Assembly (NCBI GenBank): GCA_964016885.1
Contig: OZ024743.1
Location: 250,232,001-250,296,000 of the forward strand
Direction of reading: 5' to 3'
Origin: Eledone cirrhosa
Taxonomy: Eukaryota
DNA: 64,000 bases
Within the stretch, counting starts at the first letter, position 1. Every line of letters begins with the position of its first letter. Positions 63,789 through 64,000 of this stretch are shown piece after piece. The position numbers and the translations under genes were made by a program. Under the pieces are notes generated by a model. The model ran no database searches and was not told the origin of the DNA. It saw only the letters and a list, made by a program, of their open reading frames with translations.

Positions 63789-63864
<76 letters not shown>

Positions 63865-64000
63865 GAAGGCGTGTGGCTGAGTGGTTAGAGAATTGGATTC
63901 ACAATCGTGAGGTTGAGAGTACAAACTCTGGACTGTGCGATGCGTTATGTCCTTGAGCAAGACACTTGATTTCATGTTGCTCCTTCTACCTGGAGTTGTT
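63865..64000 (+). mobile_element. tRNA-derived SINE head (family A relative), near the window edge
   Basis: gaaggcgtgtggctgagtggttagag..ccttgagcaagacactt. Confidence 0.78.

Overview
AT-rich, repeat-saturated animal (eukaryotic) DNA with no confidently identifiable host gene. The repeat content resembles coleoid cephalopod (octopus-like) genomes; this is an inference. Nearly all long ORFs in the track are artefacts of (TA)n/(CA)n microsatellites. Real content: (1) one apparently intact RTE-clade LINE on the minus strand (59458-62967; APE endonuclease, RT and an inserted PHD-type finger), plus decayed and 5'-truncated relatives; (2) a second RTE-group RT fragment; (3) a LINE 5' fragment with a CCCH-finger ORF1; (4) two copies of a ~610-bp bipartite non-autonomous RTE derivative; (5) two tRNA-derived SINE families; (6) mariner/Tc1, Helitron and piggyBac-like relics. 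Two less obvious signals stand out. First, about ten short, sequence-divergent fold-back insertions sit in (TA)n tracts. They look like Penelope-like pLTR remnants: one carries a recognisable type I hammerhead ribozyme, several fold back at an NUH cleavage-type triplet, and eight segments share a covarying stem-bulge-stem motif (RCTC-T[stem]loop[stem]A-TT-GAGY), usually ~48 nt from the insertion end. Second, the intact RTE carries in its 3' UTR a ~27-bp antisense match to its own start-codon region, suggesting 5'-3' RNA closure over the AUG. All coordinates and alignments were read by eye.
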